DNA of 64,000 nucleotides from an uncultured Rickettsiales bacterium (GTDB lineage Bacteria; Pseudomonadota; Alphaproteobacteria; Rickettsiales; CAYLHV01): NCBI GenBank assembly GCA_964383745.1, contig CAYLHV010000005.1, positions 21,033 to 85,032 of the forward strand, read 5' to 3'. Shown piece by piece: positions 49,535 to 58,796 of this stretch (position 1 is its first letter; each line of letters starts with the position of its first letter). The notes under the pieces were generated by a model. It saw only the letters and a program-made list of their open reading frames with translations, ran no database searches and was not told where the DNA came from. The position numbers and the translations under genes were made by a program.

Positions 49535-49581
49535 AATTCTCCCGGTGGCTCTTTAATGATCCCCACGGGAGAATTTTTTTT
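49535..49581. terminator. Bidirectional intrinsic terminator between convergent ankyrin and peroxiredoxin genes
   Basis: Stem aattctcccg (49535-49544) pairs with cgggagaatt (49566-49575). An A-run lies on the left and a T-run (to 49581) on the right. Confidence 0.55.
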
Positions 49582-49584
49582 TAT

Positions 49585-50187
49585 TCAGAGCTTAGAGTGA
49601 TTAGAGGACAAATAGTCCGCCACTCCTTCTGATGTTGGAGTCATGCCTTCTTCACCAGCACGCCAGCCAGCGGGGCAAACTTCTCCATGTTCTTCGTGGA
49701 AAATGAGAGCATCAACCATTCTGATTGCTTCATCAATGTTTCGGCCCAAAGGAAGGTCATTAATTAATTGGTGTCTGACAATGAAATCTTTGTCAATGAG
49801 GAATGTTCCGCGCAAAGACACTGTCTCATTAATCAAGACGTCATAGTCCCTGGAAATGGATTTGCTTAAATCAGCAACCATTGGAAAATTAATCCCCCCA
49901 ACTCCGCCTTTATTCACTGGTGTGTTTTTCCAGGCCAGATGCGTGAAATGTGAATCAACACTGACTGACACAACTTTTGCACCTCTTGTTGTGAATTCAC
50001 CAAGCCTATTATTAAAAGCAATGATTTCTGAAGGGCACACAAAGGTGAAATCAAGTGGATAGAAAAATAAAACGCCAATATCTCCACCTAAATATTTCTT
50101 TAAATTAAAGGCATCATTAATTTCATTGCTCGGCATCACAGCTTTTGCTGTGAAATCTGGAGCAGTTTTTGTAACTAGGACACTCAT
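49585..50187 (-). CDS. ahpC: Typical 2-Cys peroxiredoxin (AhpC/TSA family)
   Basis: 200 aa. Peroxidatic Cys in FTFVCPSEI and resolving Cys in GEVCPAGW. Confidence 0.9.
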   Translation of the reverse strand: MSVLVTKTAPDFTAKAVMPSNEINDAFNLKKYLGGDIGVLFFYPLDFTFVCPSEIIAFNNRLGEFTTRGAKVVSVSVDSHFTHLAWKNTPVNKGGVGGINFPMVADLSKSISRDYDVLINETVSLRGTFLIDKDFIVRHQLINDLPLGRNIDEAIRMVDALIFHEEHGEVCPAGWRAGEEGMTPTSEGVADYLSSNHSKL

Positions 50188-50250
50188 TTTTTTTCTCCAA
50201 AATTCTTAAAATTAAAGGCTGCGAAATTGATTTTCACAGCCTTTATTAGT

Positions 50251-51996
50251 TCATTTTTTTTCAGCTCTTTCTTCCAAAGCTGCACCTAAAATGTCACCAA
50301 GACTTGCGCCACTATCTGTTGATCCAAATTCTGCAATTGCTTGCTTTTGCTGTTCAACTTCCAGAGCTTTAATTGAAAGAGAGACTTTCTTAGGATTGCT
50401 TTTGTCAACCAATGTCACTTTCGCGTCAATTCTGTCGCCAATTGCGAATCTTTCAGGATTTTGGTCAGACTTTTCTTTCGCAAGATCAGATCTCTTAATG
50501 AAAGATGTCACGCCATCTTCAATCTCAACTTCAATTCCAGCTTCTGTGATTTCTTTGACAACACAAGTAACAACAGCACCTTTTTTAAGGCCTGATTGCG
50601 GAGCATTCTCAAAAGGATTTTCTTCAAGCTGTTTAATGCCAAGACTGATGCGTTCTTTGTCAACATCGATGGAAAGAACTTTCACTTTCACATTGTCAGA
50701 TTTCGCAAATTTCTTGAGTTCATTCATTTGCTCTTTTTCATCCCATGAAACGTCTGAAATGTGAACAAGACCGTCAACAAATTTGTCAAAACCAATGAAA
50801 ATTCCGAAATCAACAACATTTTTAATTTCACCTTCAATGACTGAACCAACAGGATGATCTTCAGCAAATTTAACCCATGGATTTTCGTGACATTGTTTCA
50901 TGCCAAGAGAAATTCTGTGTTTGTTAATGTCAATTTCAAGCACAACAAACTCAACCGCATCACCAACTGTGACAATTTTCTTTGGATGTTGGGCATTTTT
51001 TGACCATGTCATTTCTGACAAATGAACAAGACCTTCAATTCCTTTTTCAAGCTCAATGAAAGCGCCATAGTCTGTGATGTTAGTCACTGTTCCACTGAAT
51101 TTCTTATCTTTCGGGAATCTTTGGTCAATTCCTTCCCACGGATTTTTCTCTAATTGTTTCATGCCGAGAGAAATTCTTTTTGTTTCTTCGTTGAATTTAA
51201 TGATTTGAACTTGAATTTTCTGTCCAACCGTCAACAATTCTGATGGGTGGTTAATTCTGCTCCAGGAAATGTCAGTGACATGAAGCAAGCCATCAACGCT
51301 TCCAAGATCAATGAAAGCACCATAGTCTGTGATGTTTTTAACAATTCCTTCAAGAATGTCAGTTTCTTTTAATGTGGCAAGAAGCGCGTCTCTTTCAACC
51401 ATTCTTGATTCTTCAAGAATTGCTCTTCTGGACACAACAATGTTTCCCTGTTCTCTGTCAACTTTCAAAATTTGGAAAGGCTGCACAATGTTTAAGAGAG
51501 GTTCAATGTCTCTGATTGGTTTCACGTCAACTTGACTCCCTGGCAAGAAAGCAACAACACCATTTAAATCAACAGTGAAGCCACCTTTGACTCTTCCACA
51601 AATGACACCATCAACATTTTCACCATTTTCCATGCATTTTTCAAACACAATCCATGATCTTTCACGCAGTGCTTTTTCACGGCTGAGCACCATATGCCCA
51701 TTTCTGCTTTCAATTTTTTCTAGAGAAACTTCAACTTTATCACCAATTTTAAGGTCTGGAATTTGCCCATTTTGCACAAATTCTTTGATGCTTAACACAC
51801 CTTCTGTTTTTAAACCAATGTCAATTGACACTTTGTCTTTGTCAATTGCAATGATTGTCCCCTCAACAATTGAACCTTCTTTTAGGCTGCTGATTTCTGA
51901 CTTCTCGATTAAATCTGAAAATTGTTCTTTGGTGGCATATTGTTTTGAGAGTTCTTCAATATTATCCACATCATATATAAAAAGATTATTTGACAT
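50251..51996 (-). CDS. rpsA: 30S ribosomal protein S1
   Basis: 581 aa with six S1 repeats (e.g. GTVTNITDYGAFIELEKGIEGLVHLSEMTW). Confidence 0.92.
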   Translation of the reverse strand: MSNNLFIYDVDNIEELSKQYATKEQFSDLIEKSEISSLKEGSIVEGTIIAIDKDKVSIDIGLKTEGVLSIKEFVQNGQIPDLKIGDKVEVSLEKIESRNGHMVLSREKALRERSWIVFEKCMENGENVDGVICGRVKGGFTVDLNGVVAFLPGSQVDVKPIRDIEPLLNIVQPFQILKVDREQGNIVVSRRAILEESRMVERDALLATLKETDILEGIVKNITDYGAFIDLGSVDGLLHVTDISWSRINHPSELLTVGQKIQVQIIKFNEETKRISLGMKQLEKNPWEGIDQRFPKDKKFSGTVTNITDYGAFIELEKGIEGLVHLSEMTWSKNAQHPKKIVTVGDAVEFVVLEIDINKHRISLGMKQCHENPWVKFAEDHPVGSVIEGEIKNVVDFGIFIGFDKFVDGLVHISDVSWDEKEQMNELKKFAKSDNVKVKVLSIDVDKERISLGIKQLEENPFENAPQSGLKKGAVVTCVVKEITEAGIEVEIEDGVTSFIKRSDLAKEKSDQNPERFAIGDRIDAKVTLVDKSNPKKVSLSIKALEVEQQKQAIAEFGSTDSGASLGDILGAALEERAEKK

Positions 51997-52158
51997 TAAT
52001 TAATGCTTCACGATTATAAATTAGGTTAAACACACATTCTAAGAAGACCATCTTCATTAGAATTTTTTTATTCTAAAACCCCACGAAAATCTTGGGTGTT
52101 TCATGTATAACAGAATAATCTACAACATTAAGTGCCTCTTGGCAAGAGAAAAATTAAT

Positions 52159-52398
52159 TTAGGGTAAAAAGGCTGTGGAAGAAATGCCAGCTTCATTTTC
52201 TTTTGATCTTCCTTGTTTAATTTTCTCACCGAAAGAAGCTTGACTGAGAGTTTGCCCGAATTTATCTTGCAATATTCCAAGTAGGACATTTTCTTGCTCT
52301 TCATTTAACTTCTCAAGTGCAATTCTGTCTCTTAGAATAGCCAAATATGCTTCATTTTCAGTTTCACCATATAAATCGTAGGAAAGTAATTTTTTCAT
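52159..52398 (-). CDS. Hypothetical small protein
   Basis: 79-aa ORF co-directional with the upstream unknown genes. No recognisable motif. Confidence 0.4.
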   Translation of the reverse strand: MKKLLSYDLYGETENEAYLAILRDRIALEKLNEEQENVLLGILQDKFGQTLSQASFGEKIKQGRSKENEAGISSTAFLP

Positions 52399-52485
52399 GT
52401 CAACCGCCCCATAAAGGATTAAGAATATTTTTTACAGAATATTTCCTTCTCATTCAAGTGTCAACTAATAGTACCATTGGTTGAA

Positions 52486-53529
52486 TTATTTTATTCCAAC
52501 TCCCTCTGATTTGCCTTGATCAATTTTTGATGTGTGTGACTCAATTTTTTGCCCTGCTTTTAACCTTAAATTTGCAATGGTCGTTTCATAGAATTCATTA
52601 CTATTCTGCGCTTTCTCAGCCTCTGCAATCACTTCGCTCATTGTCTTTTTTAATTCACCATCCTCCAATGTTGCAAATAATTGTTTGGCCTTTTCTAACT
52701 TACTGATTTCCTGCTGATTTTCTGTCAAATTCCCTGAATCACCAGACATGAGCTCAGCAATTTCTTCTTCTTTGACTTCGACCCCTGCCGCATTATCTTC
52801 TCTTGCTCTGAATAATTTTCCTAAAATCATATATTTTTTAATCAATTGCCCACGAATATCGAGAAATTGATCTAAATTTTCAGTGAATAAATCAGCAAAA
52901 TAACGGGGAAATTGCTGGAACATTTTCAGCGTTAGATTGTCATAATAGTCTTTATCAACAGCATCTTGAGATTGAGAGAGAGTGTTGTAATATAGGACAT
53001 CTTCGCTTAACAAAGTCCAATCTGAGGGAAATAGCACATTTTTTGGCGTGCCTCCATGCATATTTGTCACAATGAACTCATTACGAGATTTTCCAGTTGC
53101 AGCATTAAATTCTTTCAGAGTTTTTAATTTTTCTGCATGTAAATTTTCTAAAGTGGTAATTTGCCCTTTCACAACTTGAATGACAGAAAAGAAATTCTTA
53201 TCAATTTCATTAGCCTCATTCGCCTCGCTAATCACGCTTGAGCCAATTAACCCTCTTTGCAGAACAAGGCTCCTTTCAAATTCACGGTTGACATGAAGCA
53301 TTTTCCTGAAAGCAGCCACGTTAAATTTTTTATAGATTGGATGGATTGACTCTAAATCTTGTTTCACAGAGTCAATTATTTTGTCAGACTCCATTTTCTG
53401 AGCTTCTAGCATTTTAATTTTAGCTTTTAATTCTTTGATTTCGCCAAAAAGTTCGCGCGTTATGTCGCCATGCAAATTTGAAGTTTCTGGGGTTTTTTGT
53501 GGTGTGCCAGGAACAGTGGATTTCATCAT
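52486..53529 (-). CDS. Hypothetical protein, predicted largely helical/coiled-coil
   Basis: 347-aa ORF with heptad-like stretches (ELFGEIKELKAKIKMLEAQKMESDKI). No recognisable catalytic motif. Confidence 0.55.
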   Translation of the reverse strand: MMKSTVPGTPQKTPETSNLHGDITRELFGEIKELKAKIKMLEAQKMESDKIIDSVKQDLESIHPIYKKFNVAAFRKMLHVNREFERSLVLQRGLIGSSVISEANEANEIDKNFFSVIQVVKGQITTLENLHAEKLKTLKEFNAATGKSRNEFIVTNMHGGTPKNVLFPSDWTLLSEDVLYYNTLSQSQDAVDKDYYDNLTLKMFQQFPRYFADLFTENLDQFLDIRGQLIKKYMILGKLFRAREDNAAGVEVKEEEIAELMSGDSGNLTENQQEISKLEKAKQLFATLEDGELKKTMSEVIAEAEKAQNSNEFYETTIANLRLKAGQKIESHTSKIDQGKSEGVGIK

Positions 53530-53620
53530 TTTTAAGTCTCCCTTGAATTCATGATGCTCTTAAAGCTCTGGTTATATATGTGTGGTTAGTTTAATTTTCA
53601 AGGAAGGTTAGTGATTTTAT

Positions 53621-53941
53621 TTAAGCGCCTCTGCTTTGGCTTTTTTTCGTGCCTGTTTTGAATTTTCCTCTTTTATAGCCAATTTTTCTGTTAACTTCCT
53701 TGGTTTTTAAAGATTTAGTATCCGTTTCATTCACGTGGAAAGTCACTCCAGCATTAACATTTTGATTAAAATTCTGAGTGGCAGATGTGTCTTTCGCCCC
53801 TTTCTCTGCGCCGGAGAAAAGATGTCTTTGAAAAAGAATGACCGGAATTATTGGCGTTTTATGGTCAAACTCCTCCTCATTTTTAAAAACTAGCTTATTC
53901 TTAAAAATAAATTTAAATAATTGATCAATCAAATTAAACAT
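53621..53941 (-). CDS. Hypothetical protein with strongly basic C-terminus
   Basis: 106-aa ORF. AAGG lies 8 nt before the ATG. C-terminal KIGYKRGKFKTGTKKSQSRGA. Confidence 0.45.
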   Translation of the reverse strand: MFNLIDQLFKFIFKNKLVFKNEEEFDHKTPIIPVILFQRHLFSGAEKGAKDTSATQNFNQNVNAGVTFHVNETDTKSLKTKEVNRKIGYKRGKFKTGTKKSQSRGA

Positions 53942-53962
53942 TTTCTAACCTTATTTTACAAA

Positions 53963-53990
53963 AACATATTAATTCTCGAATTAATATGTT
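53963..53990. promoter_or_regulatory. Perfect 28-bp palindrome (12-bp arms, 4-bp spacer), candidate operator
   Basis: aacatattaatt-ctcg-aattaatatgtt. Arms at 53963-53974 and 53979-53990 are exact reverse complements. It lies 22 bp upstream of the 106-aa ORF start. Confidence 0.5.
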
Positions 53991-54007
53991 GATTCTTAAG
54001 TCAATTT

Positions 54008-54142
54008 TCAAGATTCACTTTGAAAAATTTCTTGATTTTTTCTTTGCTCCCTTCTTCTTTTCATGTTCTCTTTCAAAGCCTTAGCCAGCTCTTGGAGTTT
54101 TTTTTCTTTCCTTTTTTGAACATTCTCAGAATTTTTTGTCAT
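54008..54142 (-). CDS. Possible small basic protein (44 aa), below the ORF-track size cutoff
   Basis: MTKNSENVQKRKEKKLQELAKALKENMKRRREQRKNQEIFQSES. AAGGTGA SD ~11 nt upstream of the ATG at 54142. Composition-driven ORFs are common in AT-rich DNA. Confidence 0.3.
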   Translation of the reverse strand: MTKNSENVQKRKEKKLQELAKALKENMKRRREQRKNQEIFQSES

Positions 54143-54219
54143 TTTTTCATTTTCACCTTAATTTTTCGATTGCTTTTTAAAAATTATTATGGCAATCTCG
54201 GAAAATCATTATATTACTC

Positions 54220-54294
54220 GCCGTCGTAGCTCAGGGGTAGAGCACATCATTGGTAATGATGAGGTCGAGAGTTCAATTCTCTTCGGCGGCACCA
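54220..54294 (+). tRNA. tRNA-Thr (anticodon GGT), CCA encoded
   Basis: GCCGTCGTAGCTCAGGGGTAGAGCACATCATTGGTAATGATGAGGTCGAGAGTTCAATTCTCTTCGGCGGCACCA. Acceptor stem GCCGTCG/CGGCGGC (one G-U pair), anticodon stem CATCA/TGATG, loop TTGGTAA. Confidence 0.88.
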
Positions 54295-54297
54295 GTT

Positions 54298-54657
54298 TCA
54301 AGCCATTTCAGGCATTTCTTCGCCAGCAAGAATGTGCACATGAAAATGTCTAACCGTTTGACCAGCTTTCTCACCCACATTTGTCACCATTCTGTAGGCC
54401 CCTTTGACTCCAATTTTTTCTGCAACAAATTTCACATTTTCAAAAAAAACTGCCACTTCTACTGAGCTTGCTTTTTCTAGAAAATGATCAAAAGAAACAA
54501 ATTCCCCTTTTGGAATCACTAAAACATGCACATCAGCAATTGGGTTAATGTCTGCAAAAGCTAAAATTTGTTCATTTTCAAAGATTTTCTTTGCAGGAAT
54601 TTCACCTCGCAAAATCTTTGCAAAAACATTTGAATCATCATAATTTTCATTAGTCAT
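54298..54657 (-). CDS. HIT-family (histidine triad) nucleotide hydrolase
   Basis: 119 aa with the HFHVHILAG triad motif. Confidence 0.88.
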   Translation of the reverse strand: MTNENYDDSNVFAKILRGEIPAKKIFENEQILAFADINPIADVHVLVIPKGEFVSFDHFLEKASSVEVAVFFENVKFVAEKIGVKGAYRMVTNVGEKAGQTVRHFHVHILAGEEMPEMA

Positions 54658-54693
54658 TCTATCACACTCTTATTTGTCATTCAAGTAAATAAT

Positions 54694-55614
54694 TTAACCA
54701 TCAATTAAATGGGAAAAAACTCTCTCCAAATCAGCTTCTTTCGTTGAAATATCAACAATATCAGAGGGGATTTTATATAAAATTTCTAAAATTCTGGCAA
54801 AAGCAACCTGCCTGGAAGCATATTCAATCAAAATCTCATTTGGCGCCAATCTTTTCACATTCGCAACGATTGATGTTAAATTATCTGGAATTTCAAATAA
54901 TTCTGAAGCAAATGTAACTTTTAGCTGTTTAAAATCAATTAAATGTATTAAATTTTCTTTTTTATCACATTTAACAATTTTTCCATGATCAATAATGGCA
55001 ATTTCATCGCAAAGTGACTCCGCTTCCTCCAGATAGTGGGTGGTGAGAATGATGGTGGTGCCCTGGCGATTCAATTCTTTCACATGAGCCCAAAGTTGTT
55101 TCCTGAGAGAAATGTCAACACCAGCCGTTGGTTCGTCAAGAATGAGAATTTTAGGAGCATGAACCAGCGCTTTGGCAATCAAAAGGCGCCTTTTCATTCC
55201 ACCAGAAAGTTTGCGTGGCTTCGAATCTGCTTTGTCAGACAGTCCTAAAGACTCCATGATCTCTTCGGTTTTGCGCTTTTCTTTGGGCACATCATAAAAA
55301 TCAGCATATATCTCTAAACATTCTTTCACAGTGAAAAAAGGGTCAAAAACAATCTCTTGCGGCACAATTCCAAGCATGTGAGCCACTGTTCTTGGCCTCT
55401 GCTCAATTTCATTACCAAAAACAAACACATTTCCCGAAGTTTTTTTAACCAAGCCAGCAAGAATATTGATGAAAGTTGACTTACCAGCCCCATTTGGGCC
55501 AAGCAAACCAAAAAAAGAGCCTTGTGGAATTTCTAAAGAAAAATCATCAAGAGCTGTTTTTTGCTTATTTCCATCAACAAAAATTTTGGTTAATTTTTCT
55601 GCCTTAATTGCCAT
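54694..55614 (-). CDS. ABC transporter ATP-binding protein (ABC-2/drug-exporter type); no adjacent permease
   Basis: 306 aa. Walker A GPNGAGKST, signature LSGGMKRR, Walker B ILILDEPT. Confidence 0.85.
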   Translation of the reverse strand: MAIKAEKLTKIFVDGNKQKTALDDFSLEIPQGSFFGLLGPNGAGKSTFINILAGLVKKTSGNVFVFGNEIEQRPRTVAHMLGIVPQEIVFDPFFTVKECLEIYADFYDVPKEKRKTEEIMESLGLSDKADSKPRKLSGGMKRRLLIAKALVHAPKILILDEPTAGVDISLRKQLWAHVKELNRQGTTIILTTHYLEEAESLCDEIAIIDHGKIVKCDKKENLIHLIDFKQLKVTFASELFEIPDNLTSIVANVKRLAPNEILIEYASRQVAFARILEILYKIPSDIVDISTKEADLERVFSHLIDG

Positions 55615-55615
55615 T

Positions 55616-55939
55616 TTAAATCACGCCTTTTTCAGCGAGAATTTCTCTTAATTCGCCTGATTCATACATTTCTTTCATGATGTCACAGCCGCCAATAAAT
55701 TCTCCTTTAATGTAAAGTTGCGGGATTGTTGGCCAGTCAGCATATTCTTTGATGCCGCTTCTGATTTCTTCATCTTCCAACACATCAACATCTTTAAAGT
55801 CAGCACCTAATTTGCTCAAAATGAACGAAGAGGTTGAAGAAAAGCCACATCTGGGCATTTCTGCAGTTCCTTTCATGAACAAAACCACATCGTGATTTTT
55901 AACATATGATTCAATTTTTTCTTTAACATGATTTTCCAT
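55616..55939 (-). CDS. grxD: Monothiol glutaredoxin (Grx4 family)
   Basis: 107 aa. CGFS active site and WPTIPQLYIKGEFIGGCDI. Confidence 0.9.
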   Translation of the reverse strand: MENHVKEKIESYVKNHDVVLFMKGTAEMPRCGFSSTSSFILSKLGADFKDVDVLEDEEIRSGIKEYADWPTIPQLYIKGEFIGGCDIMKEMYESGELREILAEKGVI

Positions 55940-55957
55940 TTAATTTCTCCTAAAAAT

Positions 55958-56185
55958 TTAATTTTTAATTTTCACGGTTAAAGCATGCAAAGCTTCTCCC
56001 AAACAATCTTTCAGAGCCTCATTCACCAAGCGATGTTGCTGCAATTTTGTCTTACCAGCAAATTCTTCACTTGAAATCTCAAGAGAATAGTGATTTTCAT
56101 CACCCACCAGATCTTTAATTTCAATCACCGCATTTGGAAATTTGGACATGATTTTTTTTGTTAATTCATCTTGTGAAATTGGCAT
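55958..56185 (-). CDS. bolA: BolA-family protein
   Basis: HYSLEISSEEFAGKTKLQQHRLVNEAL and ALHALTVK motifs. ATG at 56185 is preceded by AAGGAG (56196-56191). The track start at 56203 would overlap glmS. Confidence 0.85.
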   Translation of the reverse strand: MPISQDELTKKIMSKFPNAVIEIKDLVGDENHYSLEISSEEFAGKTKLQQHRLVNEALKDCLGEALHALTVKIKN

Positions 56186-56195
56186 TTTTTCTCCT

Positions 56196-58052
56196 TCATT
56201 CAACAGTCACAGATTTAGCCAAATTTCTTGGCTGGTCAACGTCAGTGCCTTTAAATAGCGCCACATGATAGGCCAGAAGTTGCAGTGGCACGCTGTATAT
56301 TAATGGCGAAAAATCTCCGTTAAATTCAGGCACCACGAAACTTTCCCAAATCACATCTTCCAGCTCTCTGACACCTTTTGCGTCACTGAAGAGAATGATT
56401 TTGCCGCCTCTTGCAGCAATTTCGCGCAAATTCGAGGCAATTTTCTCAAAAACCGCATCTCTTGGCGCAATGGCAATGACTGGAACATTTTCGTCAACCA
56501 AGGCAATGGGGCCGTGCTTTAACTCACCTGCTGCAATTGCTTCTGCGTGAATATAGGAGAGCTCTTTTAATTTTAATGCACCTTCAAAAGCCACAGCAGA
56601 ACTAACTCCTCTGCCAGTATATAATATCGTTTTACTGTCAGAAATTAATTTTGCAATTTTTTTAATTTCAATTTCGCGTGACAAAAGAACTGAAATTCTG
56701 CCAGGAATTTCGAGCAAAGAATCAATGGCTTCTTGGAATTTTTCTTTTGACAAATTTCCATTTTGCAGGCCAAATTCAAGAGCTAGAAAAGCAAAATTCA
56801 TGAGCTGAGCAGTGAAAGCCTTAGTGGAAGCCACTCCAATCTCCGGGCCTGCCAAAATTGGCAACACAAAATCTGCCATTCTTGCCATTGAACTTTCAAT
56901 CACATTAACAAGCACAACAGTTGTTTGCTCCATTTTTGCAGCAAATTTCAAAGCAGCAAAAGTGTCTGCTGTTTCACCTGATTGGGAAATGAAAAAACTC
57001 AAACCTTTTTCTGCCAAAATTGGGGACCTATAGCGAAATTCAGATGCAATGTCAATTTGAGTTCTGATTCCAGAAATTTTTTCAAACCAATAGCGCGCCA
57101 CCATGCCAGAAAAAAAAGAAGTCCCACAGCCAATGATGTTAATGTCTGACGGTGCTTTTAAGCCAGATTGGTGCAATTTTTTTTCATCAAAATCATGCAA
57201 ATGGCTGATGATTTCCCCCAGAATGATCGGTTGTTCAAAAATCTCTTTTAACATGAAATGACGAAAATTTCCTTTCCCAATGACAGCACCAGAATTTGAA
57301 CAATTTTGCGTTGGTCTTTCAACTTTCTGCCCCAAATCATCAAAAATTTGCACAGAAGGCTCTTCGGAATGAAGCTTGAGCAAACAGACATCTCCTTCCT
57401 CTAAATAGCAAATTTTCTCACTTTTTTCGGCAAGCACATAGGCATCTGAACCCACAAAAAGCCCCATGTCAGAAAAGCCAATGGCAAGTGGCGAACCTTT
57501 CCGAGTGGCAATCATTAAACCATGATATTTCTTAAAAATGGCCACAATTGCAAAAGCGCCTTCTAATTTTCTAATTGCTTTTTTCGTTGCCTCTAAAGGA
57601 GACAAATTCTCTTCTTCCATGAAACAGGAAATCAAATGAGGAATGACTTCACTGTCAGTCTCACTAGAAAATTTTCTCCCTTTTTTTTGCATTTCCAGCC
57701 TAATTTCCTTGAAATTTTCAATGATTCCATTATGAACCACTGCAACATTCTCCGTTGTGTGTGGATGCGCATTTTCCGAACTCGCTCTCCCGTGAGTTGC
57801 CCATCTTGTGTGTCCAATGCCAACTTCATTGGTTGATTCTTTCTCAGCAAAATCAATTTTCTCTATTTCATTTTGCAAATTCTCAATTTTCCCCTTCATT
57901 CTGACTGTCAAAATTTGATCTTTTGCCAAAATTGACACACCCGCGGAATCATATCCACGATATTCCAATTTTTTTAGACCATCGATTAACAAATCCTCAA
58001 TCCGCGTTTGCGCAGAAGGTTCAAAAAGTAGTACTCCAAAAATACCGCACAT
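56196..58052 (-). CDS. glmS: Glutamine-fructose-6-phosphate aminotransferase
   Basis: MCGIFG N-terminal nucleophile start at 58052 (the track ORF extends to 58070). Two SIS domains. C-terminal KSVTVE. Confidence 0.92.
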   Translation of the reverse strand: MCGIFGVLLFEPSAQTRIEDLLIDGLKKLEYRGYDSAGVSILAKDQILTVRMKGKIENLQNEIEKIDFAEKESTNEVGIGHTRWATHGRASSENAHPHTTENVAVVHNGIIENFKEIRLEMQKKGRKFSSETDSEVIPHLISCFMEEENLSPLEATKKAIRKLEGAFAIVAIFKKYHGLMIATRKGSPLAIGFSDMGLFVGSDAYVLAEKSEKICYLEEGDVCLLKLHSEEPSVQIFDDLGQKVERPTQNCSNSGAVIGKGNFRHFMLKEIFEQPIILGEIISHLHDFDEKKLHQSGLKAPSDINIIGCGTSFFSGMVARYWFEKISGIRTQIDIASEFRYRSPILAEKGLSFFISQSGETADTFAALKFAAKMEQTTVVLVNVIESSMARMADFVLPILAGPEIGVASTKAFTAQLMNFAFLALEFGLQNGNLSKEKFQEAIDSLLEIPGRISVLLSREIEIKKIAKLISDSKTILYTGRGVSSAVAFEGALKLKELSYIHAEAIAAGELKHGPIALVDENVPVIAIAPRDAVFEKIASNLREIAARGGKIILFSDAKGVRELEDVIWESFVVPEFNGDFSPLIYSVPLQLLAYHVALFKGTDVDQPRNLAKSVTVE

Positions 58053-58204
58053 GAAAAAAAATTCCCTCAAAAATTTGTCTTTTCAGAATATTGCCATTTT
58101 TTATGCAAAAAAACAAGCGTTAAATTAAGGTCAAGAAACAGAGCTATTAAATTTTCTTGAATGAGAATTTTTAACCATCATCAATTGGGAGGTAAACTCC
58201 ACAC

Positions 58205-58272
58205 GTTCGTCACGAGCGAATTAACCCAGAGTCATTTGTGAGTAGGAAAAACACCCTGATTTATCACAAATG
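58205..58272. repeat. RPE-like repeat, copy D (degenerate)
   Basis: cgttcgtcacgagcgaa..ttaacccagagtcatttgtgagtaggaaaaacaccctgatttatcacaaatg aligns with copy B ..gtcgttgcgagcc..aaaccagagttatgtattttccataggaaaaataactctggattaccacaaaat. Confidence 0.5.
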
Positions 58273-58295
58273 TAAATCACAAGAAACAAATCAAA

Positions 58296-58796
58296 TCAAT
58301 CCAGAGCCACTTCCGCAACCTCTCCAACAAGCATAGCTTCTTTTTCTTGAATCAAACTGTCAATCATGAGATTAGCAATATCTTCCCTCTGCATCTCTAA
58401 TGCACATTGAATGGCAGTCTTGCCATCATTATCTTGAATATCACCACGAGCGCCGTTTTCTAAGAGAACTTTGACCAAATCTTTGAGGCTTTTGAGTGAA
58501 TCTTCAGAAAGATTTTTTTTCAAGATTGCGATGTGAAGCGCTGTCATGCCTTTTTTGTCTGAGGCATTTGTGTTAGCACCAGCTTGAGCAAGTTTCATGG
58601 CCTTGTCAAATGCCATTAAATTTGCTGCCAGAGTTAAACTTGTGTCTCCATTAGCATCTTGAACATCACTGACACCAAGCTTCAGCAAATTTTCAAAGCT
58701 GGAAGTAAGATTATATCTGATTGCAGTATGAATTGCAGTTTCTTTCTTATTATCCTGAATTGTTGCAATAGTTTTATTATGAACTTGATTAATCAT
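58296..58796 (-). CDS. Ankyrin-repeat protein
   Basis: 166 aa with at least three ANK units (KETAIHTAIRYN.., KKGMTALHIAILKKN.., DGKTAIQCALEMQREDIANLM). Confidence 0.85.
   Translation of the reverse strand: MINQVHNKTIATIQDNKKETAIHTAIRYNLTSSFENLLKLGVSDVQDANGDTSLTLAANLMAFDKAMKLAQAGANTNASDKKGMTALHIAILKKNLSEDSLKSLKDLVKVLLENGARGDIQDNDGKTAIQCALEMQREDIANLMIDSLIQEKEAMLVGEVAEVALD

Noticed and set aside
54020-54229. 69-aa plus-strand ORF (MKNFLIFSLLPSSF...).
   Set aside because: It has a Phe/Leu-rich low-complexity translation and runs into the tRNA-Thr gene. The opposite strand holds a better, though still uncertain, small ORF with an SD.
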